Shown here: positions 1 to 14,513 of the stretch, in pieces | Position numbering within the stretch: position 1 is the stretch's first letter | How the letters are laid out: each line of letters opens with the position of its first letter | Source of the DNA: the human T2T-CHM13v2.0 reference genome, Homo sapiens | Strand: one strand, 5' to 3' | Assembly (NCBI RefSeq): GCF_009914755.1 | Contig: NC_060935.1 | DNA: 64,000 nt | Notes under the pieces: model-generated | The model's database searches: none | Told to the model about the DNA's origin: nothing | The model's input: the letters and a program-made list of their open reading frames with translations, nothing else | Position numbers and translations under genes: made by a program

Positions 1-3000
1 ATTATCTGCAAGTGGATATTTGGAGCGCTGTGAGGCCAATGGTGGAAAAGGAAATATCCTCACATAAAAACTAGACAGAAGCATTCTCAGAAACTTCTTT
101 GTGTTGTGTGCATTCAACTCACAGGGTTGAACCTCTCCTTTGATTGAGCAGTTTGAAACACTCTTTTTGTAGGCTCTGCAAGTGTATATTTGGAGCGCTT
201 TGATGCCTATGGTGGAAAAGGAAATATCTTCACATAAATCTAGACAGAAGCATTCGAAGAAACTTCTTTGTGATGTGTGCCTTCAACTCACAGAGTTGAA
301 CCTTTCTTTTGATAGAAAAGTTTTGAAACTCTCTTTTTCTACACTCTGCAAATGGATATTTGGAGCGCTATGAGGCATATGGTGGAAAAGGACATATCCT
401 CACATAAAAACTAGACAGAAGCATTCTCGGAAACTCCTTTGTGTTGTGTGCATTCAACTCACAGGGTTGAACCTTTCCTTTATTGAGCAGCTTTAAAAAT
501 CTCTTTTTGTAGAATCTGCAATTGGATATTTGGAGCACTTTGTGGCCTGTGGTGGAAAAGGAAATATCTTCACATAAATCTAGACAGAAGCATTCTCAGA
601 AACATTACTGTGATGTGTGCATTCAACTCACAGATTTGAACCTTTGTTTTGATAGAGCAGTTTTGAAACACTCTTTTTCTTCAATCTGCAAGTGGATATT
701 TGGAGCATTTTGAGGCCTTGGAGGAAAAGGAAATATACTCACATAAAAACTAGATAGAAGCTTTCTCAGAAACTTCTTTGAGATGTGTACATTCAACTCA
801 CAGAGTGGAACCTTCCCTTTCATTGAGCCATTTTTGAAAAACTGTTTTTGTAGGATCTGTAAGTCGATATTTAGAGCAGATTGAGGCCTATGGTGGAAAA
901 GGAAATATCCTCACATAAAAACTAGACAGAAGTATTCTCAGAAACTTCTTTGTGACATGTGCATTGAACCTACAGAGTTCAACCTTTCTTTTGATAGAGC
1001 AGTTTTGAAACACTCTTTCTCCGGAATCTGCAATTGGATATTTGGTGTGCTGTGAGGCCAATGGTGGAAAAGGAGATACCTTCACATAAAAACTAGACAG
1101 AAGCTTTCTCAGAAACTTATTTGTGAAGTGTGCATTCAACTCACAGAGTTGAACCTTTCTTTTGATAGAGCCTTTTTGAAACTCTCTTTTTCTACAATCT
1201 GCAAATGGATATTTGGAGCCCTTTGAGGCCTATGCTGGAGAGGAAATATCTTCACATAAAAACTAGACAGAAGCATTCTCAAAAACTTGTTTGTGATGAC
1301 TGCATTCAACTCACAGAGTTGAGCATTTCTATTGATACAGCAGTATTCAAACACTCTTTCTGTAGACTCTGCAAGTGGATATTTGGAGAGCTTTGAGGCC
1401 TATGGTGAAAAAGGAAATATCCTCACATAAAAACTAGACAGACGCATTCTCAGAAACTTCTTTCTGTTGTGTACATTGAACTCACAGAGTTGAAATTTAC
1501 TTTTGATGAAGCAGTTTTGAAACAATCTTTTTGTAGAATCTGCAAGTGGATATTTGGAGCGTTTTGAGGCATATGTTGGAAAAAGAAATACCTTTACATA
1601 AAATCTAGAGAGAAGCATTCTCAGAAACTTCTGTGTGATGTGTGCATTTATCTCACAGAGTTGAAACTTTCTTTTTAAAGAGCAGTTTTGAAACACTCCT
1701 TTTGTAGAATCTGCAAGTGGCTATTTGGGATATTTGACGCCTATGGTGGAAAAGGAAATATCCTCACATAACAACCAGACAGAAGCATTCTCAGAAACTT
1801 CTTTGTTTTGTGTGCATTCAACTCACAGTGTTGAACATGTCCTTTGATTGCACGGTTTTGAAACACTGTTTTTTGCAGGATCTGCAAGTGGATATTTGCA
1901 GCGCTATGAGGCTTATGTTGGAAAAGAAAATATCTCCACATAAATCCAGACAGAATCACTCACAGAAACTTCTTTGTGATGTGTGCACTCAAATCACAGA
2001 ATTGAACCTTTCTTTTGATAGAACAGTTTTGAAACACTCTATTTGTAGAGCTTGCAAGTGGATATTTGGAGCTCTTTGGGGCCTATGGTGGAAAAGGAAA
2101 TATCCTCACATAAAAACTAGACAGAAATATTCTCAGAAACTTCTTATGTTGTGTGCATTCAACTCACAGAGTTGAAACTTTCCTTTGATTGAGAAATTTT
2201 GAAACAATCTTTTTGTAGAATCTTCAAGTGGATATTTGGAGTGATTTGAGGCTTCTGGTGGAAAACAAAATATCTTCACATAAAAAGTAGACAGAAGCAT
2301 TCTCAGAAACTTCTTCATGATGAGTGCATTCAACTAACAGAGTTGAACTTTCATTTGATAGAGCAGTTTTGAAACACTATTTTTGTAGAATCTACAAGCA
2401 GATATTTGGAGCGCTTTGAGGCTTATGGTGGAAAAGGAAATATCCTCGCATAAAAACTAAACAGAAGCATTCTCAGAAACTTCTTTCTGATGTGTGCATT
2501 CAACTCACAGAGTTGAAACTTTCTTTTGATAGAGCAGTTTTAAAACCCTCTTCTTCTAGGATCTAGAAGTGGATACTCGGAGCACTTTGGGGCCTATTTT
2601 GGAAAAGGAAATATCTTCAGATAAAAACTAGACAGAAGCATTCTCAGAAACTTCTTTGTGTTGTGTGCATTCATCTCACAGAGTTGAAACTTTCCTTTGA
2701 TTGAGCAGTTTTGAAACACTCTTTTTGTAGAATATGCAAGTGGATATTTGGAGTGCTTTGAGGCCTATGGTGGAAAAGGAAATATATTCACATAAAAGTA
2801 GACTGAAGCATTCTCAGAAAGTTTTTTGTGATGTGTGCTTTCAACAGACAGAGTTGAGCCATTCTTTTGATAGAGCAGTTTTGAAACACTCTTTTTGTAG
2901 AATCTCAAAGTGGATATTTGGAGTGCTTTTTGTGGCCTATGGTGGAAAAGGAAATATCCTCACTTAAAATCTAGACAGACGCATTCTCAGAAACTCCTTT

Positions 3001-3654
3001 GTGTTGTGTGCATTCAACTCACAAGGTTGAATCTTTCCTTTGATAGAGCAGTTTTGAAACCCACTTTTTGTAGAATCTGCAAGTGGATATTTGGAGTGTT
3101 TTGAGGCCTATGGTGGAAAAGGAAATATCTTTAAATAAAAGCTAGACAGAAACATTCTCAGAAACTTCTTTGTGATGAGGGCGTTCAACTCACAGAGTTG
3201 AATGTTTCTGTTGATAGAACAGTTTTGTAACACTCTTTTTGTAGAATCTGCAAGTGGATATTTGGAGTGCTTTGAGGCCTATTTTGGAAAAGGAATATCC
3301 TCACTTAAAAATTAGACAGAAGCATTCTCAGAAACTTCTTCGTGTTGTGTGCACTCAACTCACAGAGTTGAAGCTTTCATTTGATTGGGCAGTTTTGAAA
3401 CACTCTTTTTGTAGAATCTGAAAGTGAATATTTGGAGCACTTTGAGGCGTATGGTGGAAAAGGAAATATCTTCACGTAAAAACTAGACAGAAGCATTCTC
3501 AGAAACTTCTTTGTGATGTGTGCATTCAACTCACAGAGTTGAACATTTCTTTTGATAGAGTAGTTTTGAAAACCTCCTTTTGAAGAATATGCAAGTGGAT
3601 ATTTGGAATGCTTTGAGGCCTACGGTGGAAAAGAAAATATCCTCACATAAAAAC
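1..3654 (+). repeat. Alpha satellite, diverged monomeric block (~21 monomers, A-type only)
   Basis: ~171-bp tandem monomers (CATTCTCAGAAACTTCTTTGTGATGTGTGCATTCAACTCACAGAGTTGAAC...). The box region reads GCCTATGGTGGAAAAGGAAATAT (A-type/pJalpha-like); no CENP-B box seen. Confidence 0.97.
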
Positions 3655-6600
3655 AAACAAAAAGAGTGTTTCGAAACTGTTCTATGAAAAGGAATGTTCA
3701 ACTCTGTGAGTTGAATGCACACATCACTAAAAAGTTTCTGAGAATGCTTCTGTCTAGTTTTTATGTGAAGATATTCCCGTTTAAACCGAAGGCTTCAATG
3801 TGCTCTAAATATCCACTTGCAGATTCTACAAAAAGAGTGTTTCAAAACTTATCTATCAAAAAAAAGTTTCAACTGTGTGAGTTGAATGCACACATCACTA
3901 AGAAGTTTCTGAGAATGCTTCGGTCTAGTTTTCATGTGAAGACATTCACATTTCCACTGAAGACCTCAAGGCTGTCCAAATATCCACCTGCAGATTCTAC
4001 CAAAGAGTGTTTCAAAACTGCTCTTTCAAAACAAAGGTTCAACTCTGTGAGTTGAATGCACACATCACAAAGAAGTTTCTGAAAATGCTTCTGTCTAGTT
4101 TTTATGTAAAGATATCCGGTTTCCAATGAAAGCCTCAAAGCGGTCAAAATATCCACTTGCAAATTTTACAAAAAGAGTGTTCCAAAACTGCTCTAATGAA
4201 AGGAATGTTCAAGACTGTGAGTTGAAAGCAAACATCACAAAGAAGTTTCTGAGAATGCTTCTGTCTTGTTTTTATGTGGAGATATTTCCTTTTTCACAGA
4301 AGGCACCAAAAAGCTCCAAATGTCTACTTGCAGATTCTACAAAAAGAGTGTTTCAAAACTGCTATATCAAAAGAAAGTTTCAACTCTGTCAGTTGAATGC
4401 ACATATCACAAAGAAGTTTCTGAGAATGCTTCTGTCTAGTTTTTATTTGAAGATATTTCCTTTTTTCACCATAGACCTCAAAGTGCTGCAAATACTGAAT
4501 TCCAGATTCTACAAAAGAGGGTTTCAAAACTGCTCTATCAAAATAAAGGTTCTACTCTGTGTGTTGAATGCACACATCACAAAGTAGTTTCTGAGAATGC
4601 TTCTGTCTAGTTTTTCTGTTAAGATATTTCCTTTTTCAGTATAGGCCTCAAAGCACTCCAAATATCCACATGCAGATTCTACCAAAAGAGTGTTTCAAAA
4701 CTGCTTTATCAAAAGAAAGGTTCAACTCTGTGGGTTGAATGCACACATCACAAAGAAGTTTCTGAGAATGCTTCCATATAGTTTTTATGTGAAGACATTT
4801 CCTTTTTCACGATAGGCCTCAAAGTGCTCCAAATGTCCACTTGCAGATTCTACAAAAAAAGTGTTTCAAAACTGCTTTATCAAAAGAAACGTTCTACTCT
4901 GTGAGTTGAATGCACACATCACAAAGCAGTTTCTGAGAATGCTTCTGTCTAGTTTTCATGTGAAGATATTTCCTTTTTCACCATAGGCCTCAAAGCTCTC
5001 CAAATGCCCATTTGCAGATTCTCCAAAGAGAGAGTTTGAAAACTGCTCTATCAAAAGAAAGGTTCAACTCTGTGAATTGAATGCACACATCACAAAGAAT
5101 TTTCTGAGATTGCTTCTGTCTAGTTTTTCTTTGAAGATATTTCCTTTTTCACCATAGGCCTCAAAGTGCTACAAATATCCACTTGCAGATTCTACAAAAA
5201 GAGTGTTTCAAAATTGCCTTATCAAAAGAAAGGTTCAACTCTGTGGGTTGAATGCAAACATCACAAAGAAGTTTCTGAGAATGCTTCTGTCTAGTTTTTA
5301 TGTGAAGATATTTCCTTTTTCACCATAGGCCTCAAAGCGCTCCAAATGTCCACTTGCAGATTCTACAAAAAGAGTGTTTCAAAACGGCTCTATCAAGAGA
5401 AAGATTCAGCTCTGTGAGTTGAATTCACTCATCAAAAAGTAGTTTCTGAGAATGATTCTCTCTAGTTTTTATATGAAGATATTTACTTTTTCACCATAGA
5501 CCTCAATGTGCTCCAAATGTCCACTAGCAGACTCTACAAAAGGAGTCTTTCAAAACTGCTCTATCAAAAGAAATGTTCAACTCTGTTATTTGAATACACA
5601 CGTCACAAAGAAGTTTCTGAGAATGTTTCTGTCTAGTTTTTATGTGAAGACATCATGTTTACAACAAAGGTCTCAAAGCTGTCCAAATATCCACTGGCAA
5701 ATTCTACAAAAAGAGAGTTTCGAAACTACTCTTTCAAAAAGAATATTCAACTCTGTGAGTTGAATGCATATATGAGAAAGAAGTTTCTGAGAATGCTTCT
5801 GTCTAGTTTTCATGTGAAGATATTTCGTTTTCACCATAGGCCTCAAAGTGCTCCAAGTGTCCATTTGCTGATTATACAAAGAGATTGTTTCAATACTGCT
5901 CTATCAAAATACAGGTTCAACTCTGTGAGTTGAAAGCACACATCAGAAATTAGTTTCTGAGAATGCTTATGTCTAGTTTTTAAGTGAAGACATTTCCTTT
6001 CTCAACAAAGGCCTCAAAGCGCTCTAAATGTCCACTTGCAGATTCTACAAAAAGAGAGTTTTGAAACTGCTCTTTCAAAAGGAAGGTTCAACTCTGTGAG
6101 TGGAATGCACGCATCACAAAGAAGTTTCTGAGAATGCTTCTGTCTAGTTTTTATGTGAAGATACTCCCGTTTCCAAAGAAGGCCTCAAAGCAGTCGGAAA
6201 ATCCACTTGCAAATTCCGCAAAAACAGTGTTTTGAAACCGCTCTATCAAAGGGAATGTTCAACTCTGTGAGTTGAAAGCAAACATCGCAAAGAAGTTACT
6301 GGGAATGGTTCTGCCTAGTTTTTATGTGAAGATATTTCCTTTTACACCCTAGGCCTCAAAGCACTCCAAATGTCCAGTTGCAGATTCTACAAAGAGATTA
6401 TTTCAATACTGCTCTATCAAAAGAAAGGTTCAACTCTGTGAGTTGAATGCACACATCAGAAAGTAGTTTCTGAAAATGCTTCTGTCTAGTTTTTCTGTGA
6501 AGACATTTCCTTTTACACCCTAGTCCTCAAAGTGCTCCAAGTGTCCGTTTGCAGATTCTACAAAGAGATTCTTTCAATACTGCTCTATCAAAAGAAAGGT

Positions 6601-9600
6601 TCCACTCTGTGGGTTGAATGCACACATCAGAAAGTAGTTTGTGAGAATCCTTCTATCTAGTTTTTCCGTGAAGATATTTTCTTTTTCACCATAGGCCTCA
6701 AAGCTCTCCAAATATCCACTTGCAGATTCTACAAAAAGAGTGTTTCAAAACTGCTCTATCAAAAGAAATATTCAACTCTGTGAGTTGAATGCACTCATCA
6801 AAGAGAAGTTTCTGAGAAAGATTCCCTCTAGTTTTTATGTGAAGATATTTCCTTTTTCACCGTAGGCATCAAAGTGCTCCAAATTTCCACTAGCAGATAC
6901 TTCAAAAAAAGTGTTTCAAAACTCCCCTATCAAAAGAAATGTTCAATTCTTTTAGTTGAATGCACACGTCACAAAGATGTTTCTGAGAATGCTTCTGTCT
7001 AGTTTTTATGTGAAGATATTTCCTTTTCACCATAGGCCTCAAAGCGATCAAAGTGTCCACTTGCAGATTCTACAAACAGAGAGTTTCAAAACTTCTCTAC
7101 CAAAAGAAAGGTTCAACTCTGTGAGTTGAATGCACACATCACAAAGAGGTTTTGAAGAATGCTTCTGTATAGTTTTTATGTGAAGATATTCCCATTTCCA
7201 CCGAAGGCTTCAATGTGCTCTAAATATGCAGTTGCAGATTCTACAAAAAGAGAGTTTCATAACTGCTCTATCAAAAGGAAGGTTCCACTCTGTGAGTTGA
7301 ATGCACACATCACAAAGAAGTTTCTGAGAATGCGTCTGTCTAGTTTTTATGTGAAGATATTCCCATTTCCACTGTAGACCTCAAAGCTCTCCAAATATCC
7401 AATTGCAGATTCTACAAAAAGAGTGTTTCAAAACTGCTCTATCAAAAGAAATGTTCAACTCTGTGAGTTGAATGCACTGATCACAAAGAAGTTTCTAAGA
7501 ATGCTTCTGTCTACTTTTTATGTGAAGACATTCCCTTTTCCACAGAAGGCCTCAAAGCAATGCAAATATCCACTTGTAGATTCTACAAAAAGAGTGTTTC
7601 AAAACTGCTCTATGAAATGGAATGTTCAACACTTTCAGTTGAATGCAAAGATCACAAAGAAGTTTCTTAGAATGCTTCTGTTTACATTTTATGTGAAGAT
7701 ATTTCCTTTTTCACCTTAGGCATTGAGCGCTCCAAATGTCCACTTGCAGATTCTATGAGAAGTGATTTTCAAAACTGCTCTATCATAAGAAAGGTTCAAC
7801 TCTGTGAGTTGAATGCACAAATCACAAAGTAGTTTCAGAGAATGCTGCTTTCTAGTTTTTATGTGAAGTTATTCCCATTTCCACCGAAGGCCTCAAAGTG
7901 ATCCAAATATCCATTTGCAGATTGTACAAAAAGAGTGTTTCAAAACAGCTCTATCAAAAGAATTTTTCAACTCTGTCAGTTAAATGCAAGCATCAAAAAG
8001 TAGTTCCTGAGAATGCTTCTGTCTACTTTTTATATGAAGATATTTCCTTTTCTACTAAAGGCCTCAAATCACTCAAAATATCCACTTGCAGATTCTACAA
8101 AAAGAGTGTTTCAAAACTTCTCTATCAAAAGGAATTTTCAACTCTGTGAGTTAAATGCACACATCACAAAGAAGTTTCTGAGAATGCTTTTATGTGAAGT
8201 TATTCCCGTTTCCAATGAAGGCATCAAAGCCATCCAAATATCCACTTGCAGATTCTATAAAAAGAGTGTTTCAAAACTTCACTATCAAAAGGAAGATTCA
8301 ACTCTCTGAGTTGAATGCACACATCACAAAGAAGTTTCTCAGAATGCTTCTGTCTAGTTTTTATATGAAGATATTCCCGTTTCCACCATAGGTCTCAAAG
8401 TGCTCCAAATATGCATTTGTAAATTCTACAAAAAGAGTGTTTCAAACTGCTCCATCAAAGGGAAGGTTCAACTCTGTGAGATGAATGCACACATCACAAA
8501 GAATTTTCTGAGAATGCTTCTGTCTAGTTTTTATGTGAAGATATTCAAGTTTCCAAAGAAGACCACAAAGCCCTCCAAATATCCACTTGCAGATTCTACA
8601 AAAACAGTGTTTCAAAACTGCTCCATCTAAAGGAGGGTTCAACTTTGTCAGTTGAAAGCAAGCGTCCCAAAGAAGTTTCTGAGAATGCTTCTGTGTAGTT
8701 TTTATATGAAGATCTTTCCTTTTCTACCATAGGCCTCAAAGCGCTCCAAATATCCACTTGCAGATTCTACAAAGGAATGTTTCAAAACAGCTTTATCAAA
8801 AGGAAGGTTCAACCCTGTGAGTTGAATGCACACATCACAAAGAATTTTCTGAGAATGCTTCTGTCCAGTTTTTATGTGAATATATTCCCATTTCCCCCAA
8901 AGGCCTCAAAGCGCTCCAAATATCCACTTGCAGATTCTACAAAAAGAGTGTTTCAAAAGTGCTCTATCAAAAGGAAGGTTCATCTCAGTGAGTTGAATAC
9001 ACACATCACAAAGAAGTTTCTGGGAATACTTCTGTCTGCTTTTTATGTGAAGATTTTCCCGTTTCCACCGAAGGCCTCAAAGCACTCCAAATAACCACTT
9101 GCAGATTCTACAAAAAGAGTGTTTCAAAACTGCTCTATGAAAAAGAAGTTTCAACTCTCTGAGTTGAATGCAAGCATCACAAAGTAGTTTCTGAGAATGC
9201 TTCTGTGTATTTTTTATATGAAGATAATTCCTTTTCCACCTTAGGCCAAAAAGCGCTCCAAATATCCACTTGCAGATTCCACAAAAAGTGTGTTTCAAAA
9301 CAGCTCTATTGAAAGGAAGGTTCAACTCTGTGAGTTGAATGCACACATCACAAAGAAGTTTCTGAGAATGCTTCTGTTTCGTTTTCATGTGAAGATACTG
9401 CTGTTTCCACCGAAGGCCTCAAAGCCATCAAAATATCCACTTGCAGATTCTACAAAAAGAGTGTTTCAAACCAGCTCTATCAAAAAGAAGGTTCAACTCT
9501 GTGAGTTGAATACACACATCACAAAGAAGTTTCTGAATATGCTTCTGTCTAGTTTATATGGGAAGATATTCCCGTTTCCACTGTAGGCCTCAAAGTGTTC

Positions 9601-10423
9601 CAAATATCCACTTGCAGATTCTACAAAAAGAGTATTTCAAAACTGCTCTATCAAAAGGAAGATTCCACTGTGTGAGTTGAATGCACACATCACAAAGAGG
9701 TTTCTTAGAATGCTTCTGTCTAGTTTTTATGTGAAGATGTTCCCGTTTCCATTGAAGGCCACAAAGCTCTGTAAATATCCACTTGCAGATTCTACAAAAA
9801 GAGTGTTTCAAAACTGCTCTATCAAAAGGAAGTTTCACCTCTCTGATTTGAATGCACACATCACAAAGGAGTTTCTGAGAATGCTTCTGACTAGCTTTTA
9901 TCTGAAGATATTCCCATTTCCACCGAAGGCCTCAAAGCGCTCCAAATATCTACTTTCAGATTCTACAAAAAGAGTGTCTCAAAACTGCTCTATCAAAAGG
10001 AATGTTCCACTCTGTGAGTTGAATGCAAGCATCACAAAGTAGTTTCGGAGAATGCTTCTGTCTATTTTTTATATGAAGATATTTCCTTTTCTACCATAGG
10101 CCTCACAGCACTTCAAATATCCACTTGCAGATCCTACAAAAAGAGTTTTTCAAAACTGCTCTATCAAAAGGAAGGTTCAACTCTCTGAGTTGAATGCCCA
10201 CATCACAAAGTAGTTTCTGAGGATGACTCTCTCTTGTTTTTATGTGAAGATATTCCGGTTTCCACCGTAGGTCTCAAAGCGCACCAAATATCCACTTGCA
10301 GATTCTACAAACAGAGCGTTTGAAAACTGCTCTATCTAAAGGAAGTTTCAACTCTGGAGTTGAATGAACACATAACAAAGAAGTTTCTGAGAATGATCCT
10401 GTCTAGTTTTTATGTGAAGATAT

Positions 10424-10440
10424 TCCCGTTTCCAACGAAG
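10424..10440 (-). promoter_or_regulatory. Canonical CENP-B box
   Basis: TCCCGTTTCCAACGAAG, reverse complement CTTCGTTGGAAACGGGA, an exact canonical 17-mer. Confidence 0.85.
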
Positions 10441-13400
10441 TCCTCAAAGCCCTCCAAATATCCGCTTGCAGATTCTACAAAAGGAGTGTTTCAAAACTGC
10501 TCTATGAAAAGCAAGGTTCCACTCTGTGAGTTGAATGCAAGCATCACAAAATAGTTTCTGAGAATGCTTCTATCTAGTTTTTATTTGAATATATTCAGTT
10601 TCCAATGAAGGCCTCAAAGCGCTCCAAATATCCACTTGCTGATTTACAAAAAGAGTGTTTCAGAACTCCTCTATCACTACGAAGGTTCAAATCTGTGAGT
10701 TGAATGCACACATCACAAAGAAGTTTCTGAGAATGCTTCTGACTAGTATTTATGTGAAGATAATCCCGTTTCCACCAAATGCCATAAAGTGCTCCAAATA
10801 TCCACTTGCAGATTCTACAAAAAGAGTGTTTCAAAACTGCTCTCTCAAAAGGAATGTTCAACTCTGTGAGTTGAATGCAAGCATCACAATTTAGTTACTG
10901 AGTTACTGAAAATGATTCTGTCTAGTTTTTATATGAAGATATTTCCTTTTCCAGCATAGGCCTCAAAGCACTCCAAATATCCAATTGCAGATCCTACAAA
11001 AAGAGTTTTTCAAAACTTCTCTATCAAAAGGAAGGTTCAACTCTCTGAGTTGAATGCACACATAACAAAGAAGTTTCTGATAATGTTTCCGTCTAGTTCT
11101 TATGTGAAGATATTCCCGTTTCCAATGAAGGCCTCCAAGCACTCCAAATATCCACTTGCAGATTCTAGAAAAAGTGTGTTTCAGAACTGCTCTATCACAA
11201 GGAATGTTCAACTCACTGAGTTGAAAGCACACATCGCAAAGAAGTTTCTGAGAATGCTTCCATTTTTTTTTAAGATATACCCATTTCCACCAAATGCCAC
11301 AAAGTGCTCCAAATATCCCCTTGCAGATTCTACAAAAAGAGTGTTTCAAAACTGCTCTCTCAAAAAGGATGTACAACACTGTGAGTTGAATGCAAGCATC
11401 ACAAAGTAGTTTCTGAAAATGCTTCCATCTAGTTTTTATATGAAGATATTTCCTTTTCTACCTTAGGCCTCAAAGCCTTCCATATATCCACTTACAGATT
11501 CTACAAAAAGAGTGTTTCAAAACTGCTCTATCAAAAGAGATGTTCAACTTTGTCAGTTGAAAGCAAGCGTCACAAAGTAGTTTCTGAGAATGCTTCTGTG
11601 TAGTTTTTATATGAAGATATTTCCTTTTCTACCATAGGCCTCAAAGTGCTCCAAATATCCACTTGCAGATGCTACAAAAAGAGTGTTTCAAAACAGCTCT
11701 ATCAAAAGGAAAATTCAACTCTGTGAGTTGATTGCACACATCACAAAGAAGTTTCTGAATACGCTTCTGTCTAGTTTATATGGGAAGATATTCCCGTTTC
11801 CACTGTAGACCTCAAAGCATTTGAAATATCCACTTGCAGTTTCTACAAAAAGAGTGTTTCAAAACTGCTCTTTCAAAAGGAAGGTTCAACTCTGTGAGGT
11901 GAATGCACACATCACAAAGTAGTTTCTGAGAATGTTTCTGTCTAGTTTTTATGTGAATATACTCCCTTTTCCACTGAAGGCCAAAAATTGCTCCAAACAT
12001 CCACTTTCAGATTCTACAAAAAGAGTGTTTCAAAACTGGTTTATCAAAAGGAAGGTCCAACTCGGTGAGCTGAATGCATACATCACAAAGAAGTTTGTGA
12101 GAATGCTTCTGTCTATCTTTTTTTTGAAGATATACCTGTTTCCACCGAAGGCCTCAAAGTGCTGCAAATATCCACTTGCAGATTCTACAAAAAGAGTGTT
12201 TCAACACTGCTCTCTCAAAAGGAATGTTCAACACTGTGAGTTGAATGGAAGCATCACAAAGTAGTTTCTGAAAATGCTTCTGTCTAGTTTTTATATGAAG
12301 ATATTTTCTTTTCTACCTTAGGCTTCAAAGCGTTCCATATATCCACTTGCAGATTCTACAAAAAGAGTGTTTCAAAACTGCTCTATCAAAAGGAATGTTC
12401 AACTCTGTGAGTTGAAAGTAAGCATCACAAAGTGGTTTCTGAGAATGCTTCTGTGTAGTTTTTATATGAATATATTTCCTTTTCTACCTTAGGATCAAAG
12501 TGCTCCAAATATCCACTTGCAGATTCTACATAAAGACTGTTTGAAAACTGCTCTATTAAAAGGAAGGTTGAACTCTGTGAGTTGAATGCACACACATCAC
12601 AAAGAAGTTTCTGAGAATGCTTCTCTCTAGTTTTTGTGTGAAGGTATTTCCATTTCCACGGCAGGCCTCAAAGCGCTCCATATATCCACTTGCAGATTCT
12701 ACAAAAAGAGTGTTTCGAAACTGCACTATGGGAAGGAAAGCTCAATTTTGTGAGTTGAATGCACACATCACAAAGATGTTTCTGAGAATGCTTTTCTCTA
12801 GTTTTTATATGAAGATATTAACTTTTGAACCATAGACCTCAAAGCGCTCCAAATATCCACTTGCAGATCCTGCAAAAAGAGTGTTTCAGAACTGCTCTAT
12901 CAAAAGGAAGGTTAAAGTCTGTGAGTTGAATGCACACATTACAAAGAAGTTTCTGATAGTGCTTCTGTCTAGTTTTTATGTGAAGATATTCCCTTTTCCG
13001 ACAAAGTCCTCAAAGTGCTCCAAATATCCACTTGCAGCTCCTACAAAACTGCTCTATGAAAAGGAAGGTTCAACTCTGAGTTGAATACACACATCACAAA
13101 TAAATTTCTGAGAATGCTTCTGTCTAGTTTTTAATGGGAAGATATTCCCGTTTCCAACGTATGCCTCAAAGCTCTCCAAATATCCACTTGCAGATTCTAC
13201 AAAAAGAGTGTTTCAAAACTGTTCTATCAAAAGGAAGGTTCAACTCTGTGAGTTGAATGCAAGCATCACAAAGTTGTTTCTGAGAATGTTTCTGTCTAGT
13301 TTTTATATGAAGATATTACCTTTTCTACCAAAGGCCTCAAAGCGTTCTAAATATCCACTTGCAGATTCTGCAAAAAGAGTGTTTCAAAACTGCTCCATAA

Positions 13401-14496
13401 AGAGGAAGTTAAAACTCTCTGAGTTGAATGCAAGTATCACAAAGTAGTTTCTGAGAATGCTTCTGTCTATTTTTTATATGAAGATATTTCCTTTTATACC
13501 ACAGACCTCAAAGCGCTCCAAATATCCACTTGCAGATTCTACAAAAAGAGTGTTTCAAAACTGCTCTATCAAAAGGAAGGTTCAACTGTCTGAGTTGAAT
13601 GCACACATCACAAAGGAGTTTCAGAGAATGCTTCTGTCTAATTTTTATGTGAAGATATTCCTGCTTCCAACAAAGTCCTCCAAGCGCTCCAAATATCCAC
13701 TTGCAGATTCTAGAAAAACAGTGTTTCAAAACAGCTCTATCAAAAGGAATGTTCAACTCTGTGAGTTGAATGCAAGCAACACAAAGTAATTTCTGAGAAT
13801 GTTTCTGTCTGGTTTTTATATGAATATATTTCCTTTTCTACCATAGGCCTCAAAACGCTCCAAATATCCACTTGCAGATTCTACAAAAAGAGTGTTTCAA
13901 AACTGTTCAACTCCCAGAGTGGAATGCACACATCACAAAGAAGTTTCTGAGAATGGTTCTGTCTAGTTTATATGGGAAGATATTCCCGTTTCCACCATAG
14001 ACCTCAAAGCGCTCCAAATATCCACTTGCAGATTCTACAAAAAGAGGGTTTCAAAACTGCTCTATCAAAAGGAAAGTTCAACTCTCTCAGTTGAATGCAC
14101 ACATCAAAAAGAAGTTTCTGAGAATGCTTCTGTCTATTTCTTATGTGAAGATATTCCCTTTTCCAATGAAGGCCTCAAAGTGCTCCAAGTTTCCACTTGC
14201 AGATTCTCCAAACAGAGTGTTTCAAAACTGCTCTATCAAAAGGCCTGTTCAAATCTGTGAGTTGAATGCACACATCACAAAGTAGTTTCTCAGAATGCTT
14301 CTGTCTACTTTTTATGTAAAGATATTCCCGTTTGCACCGAAGGCCTCAATGCGCTCCAAATATCCACTTGCAGATTCTACAAAAAGAGTGTTTCAAAACC
14401 GCTCTATCAAAGGGAATGTTCAACTATGTGAGTTGAAAGCAAGCATCACAAAGCAGTTTCTGAGAATGCTTCTGTCTAATTTTTATGTGAAGATAT

Positions 14497-14513
14497 TCCC
14501 GTTTCCAACGAAG
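14497..14513 (-). promoter_or_regulatory. Canonical CENP-B box
   Basis: TCCCGTTTCCAACGAAG exact. Other boxes keeping the core NTTCGNNNNANNCGGGN lie at 3775, 9057, 14326, 14861 and 16738. Confidence 0.85.
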
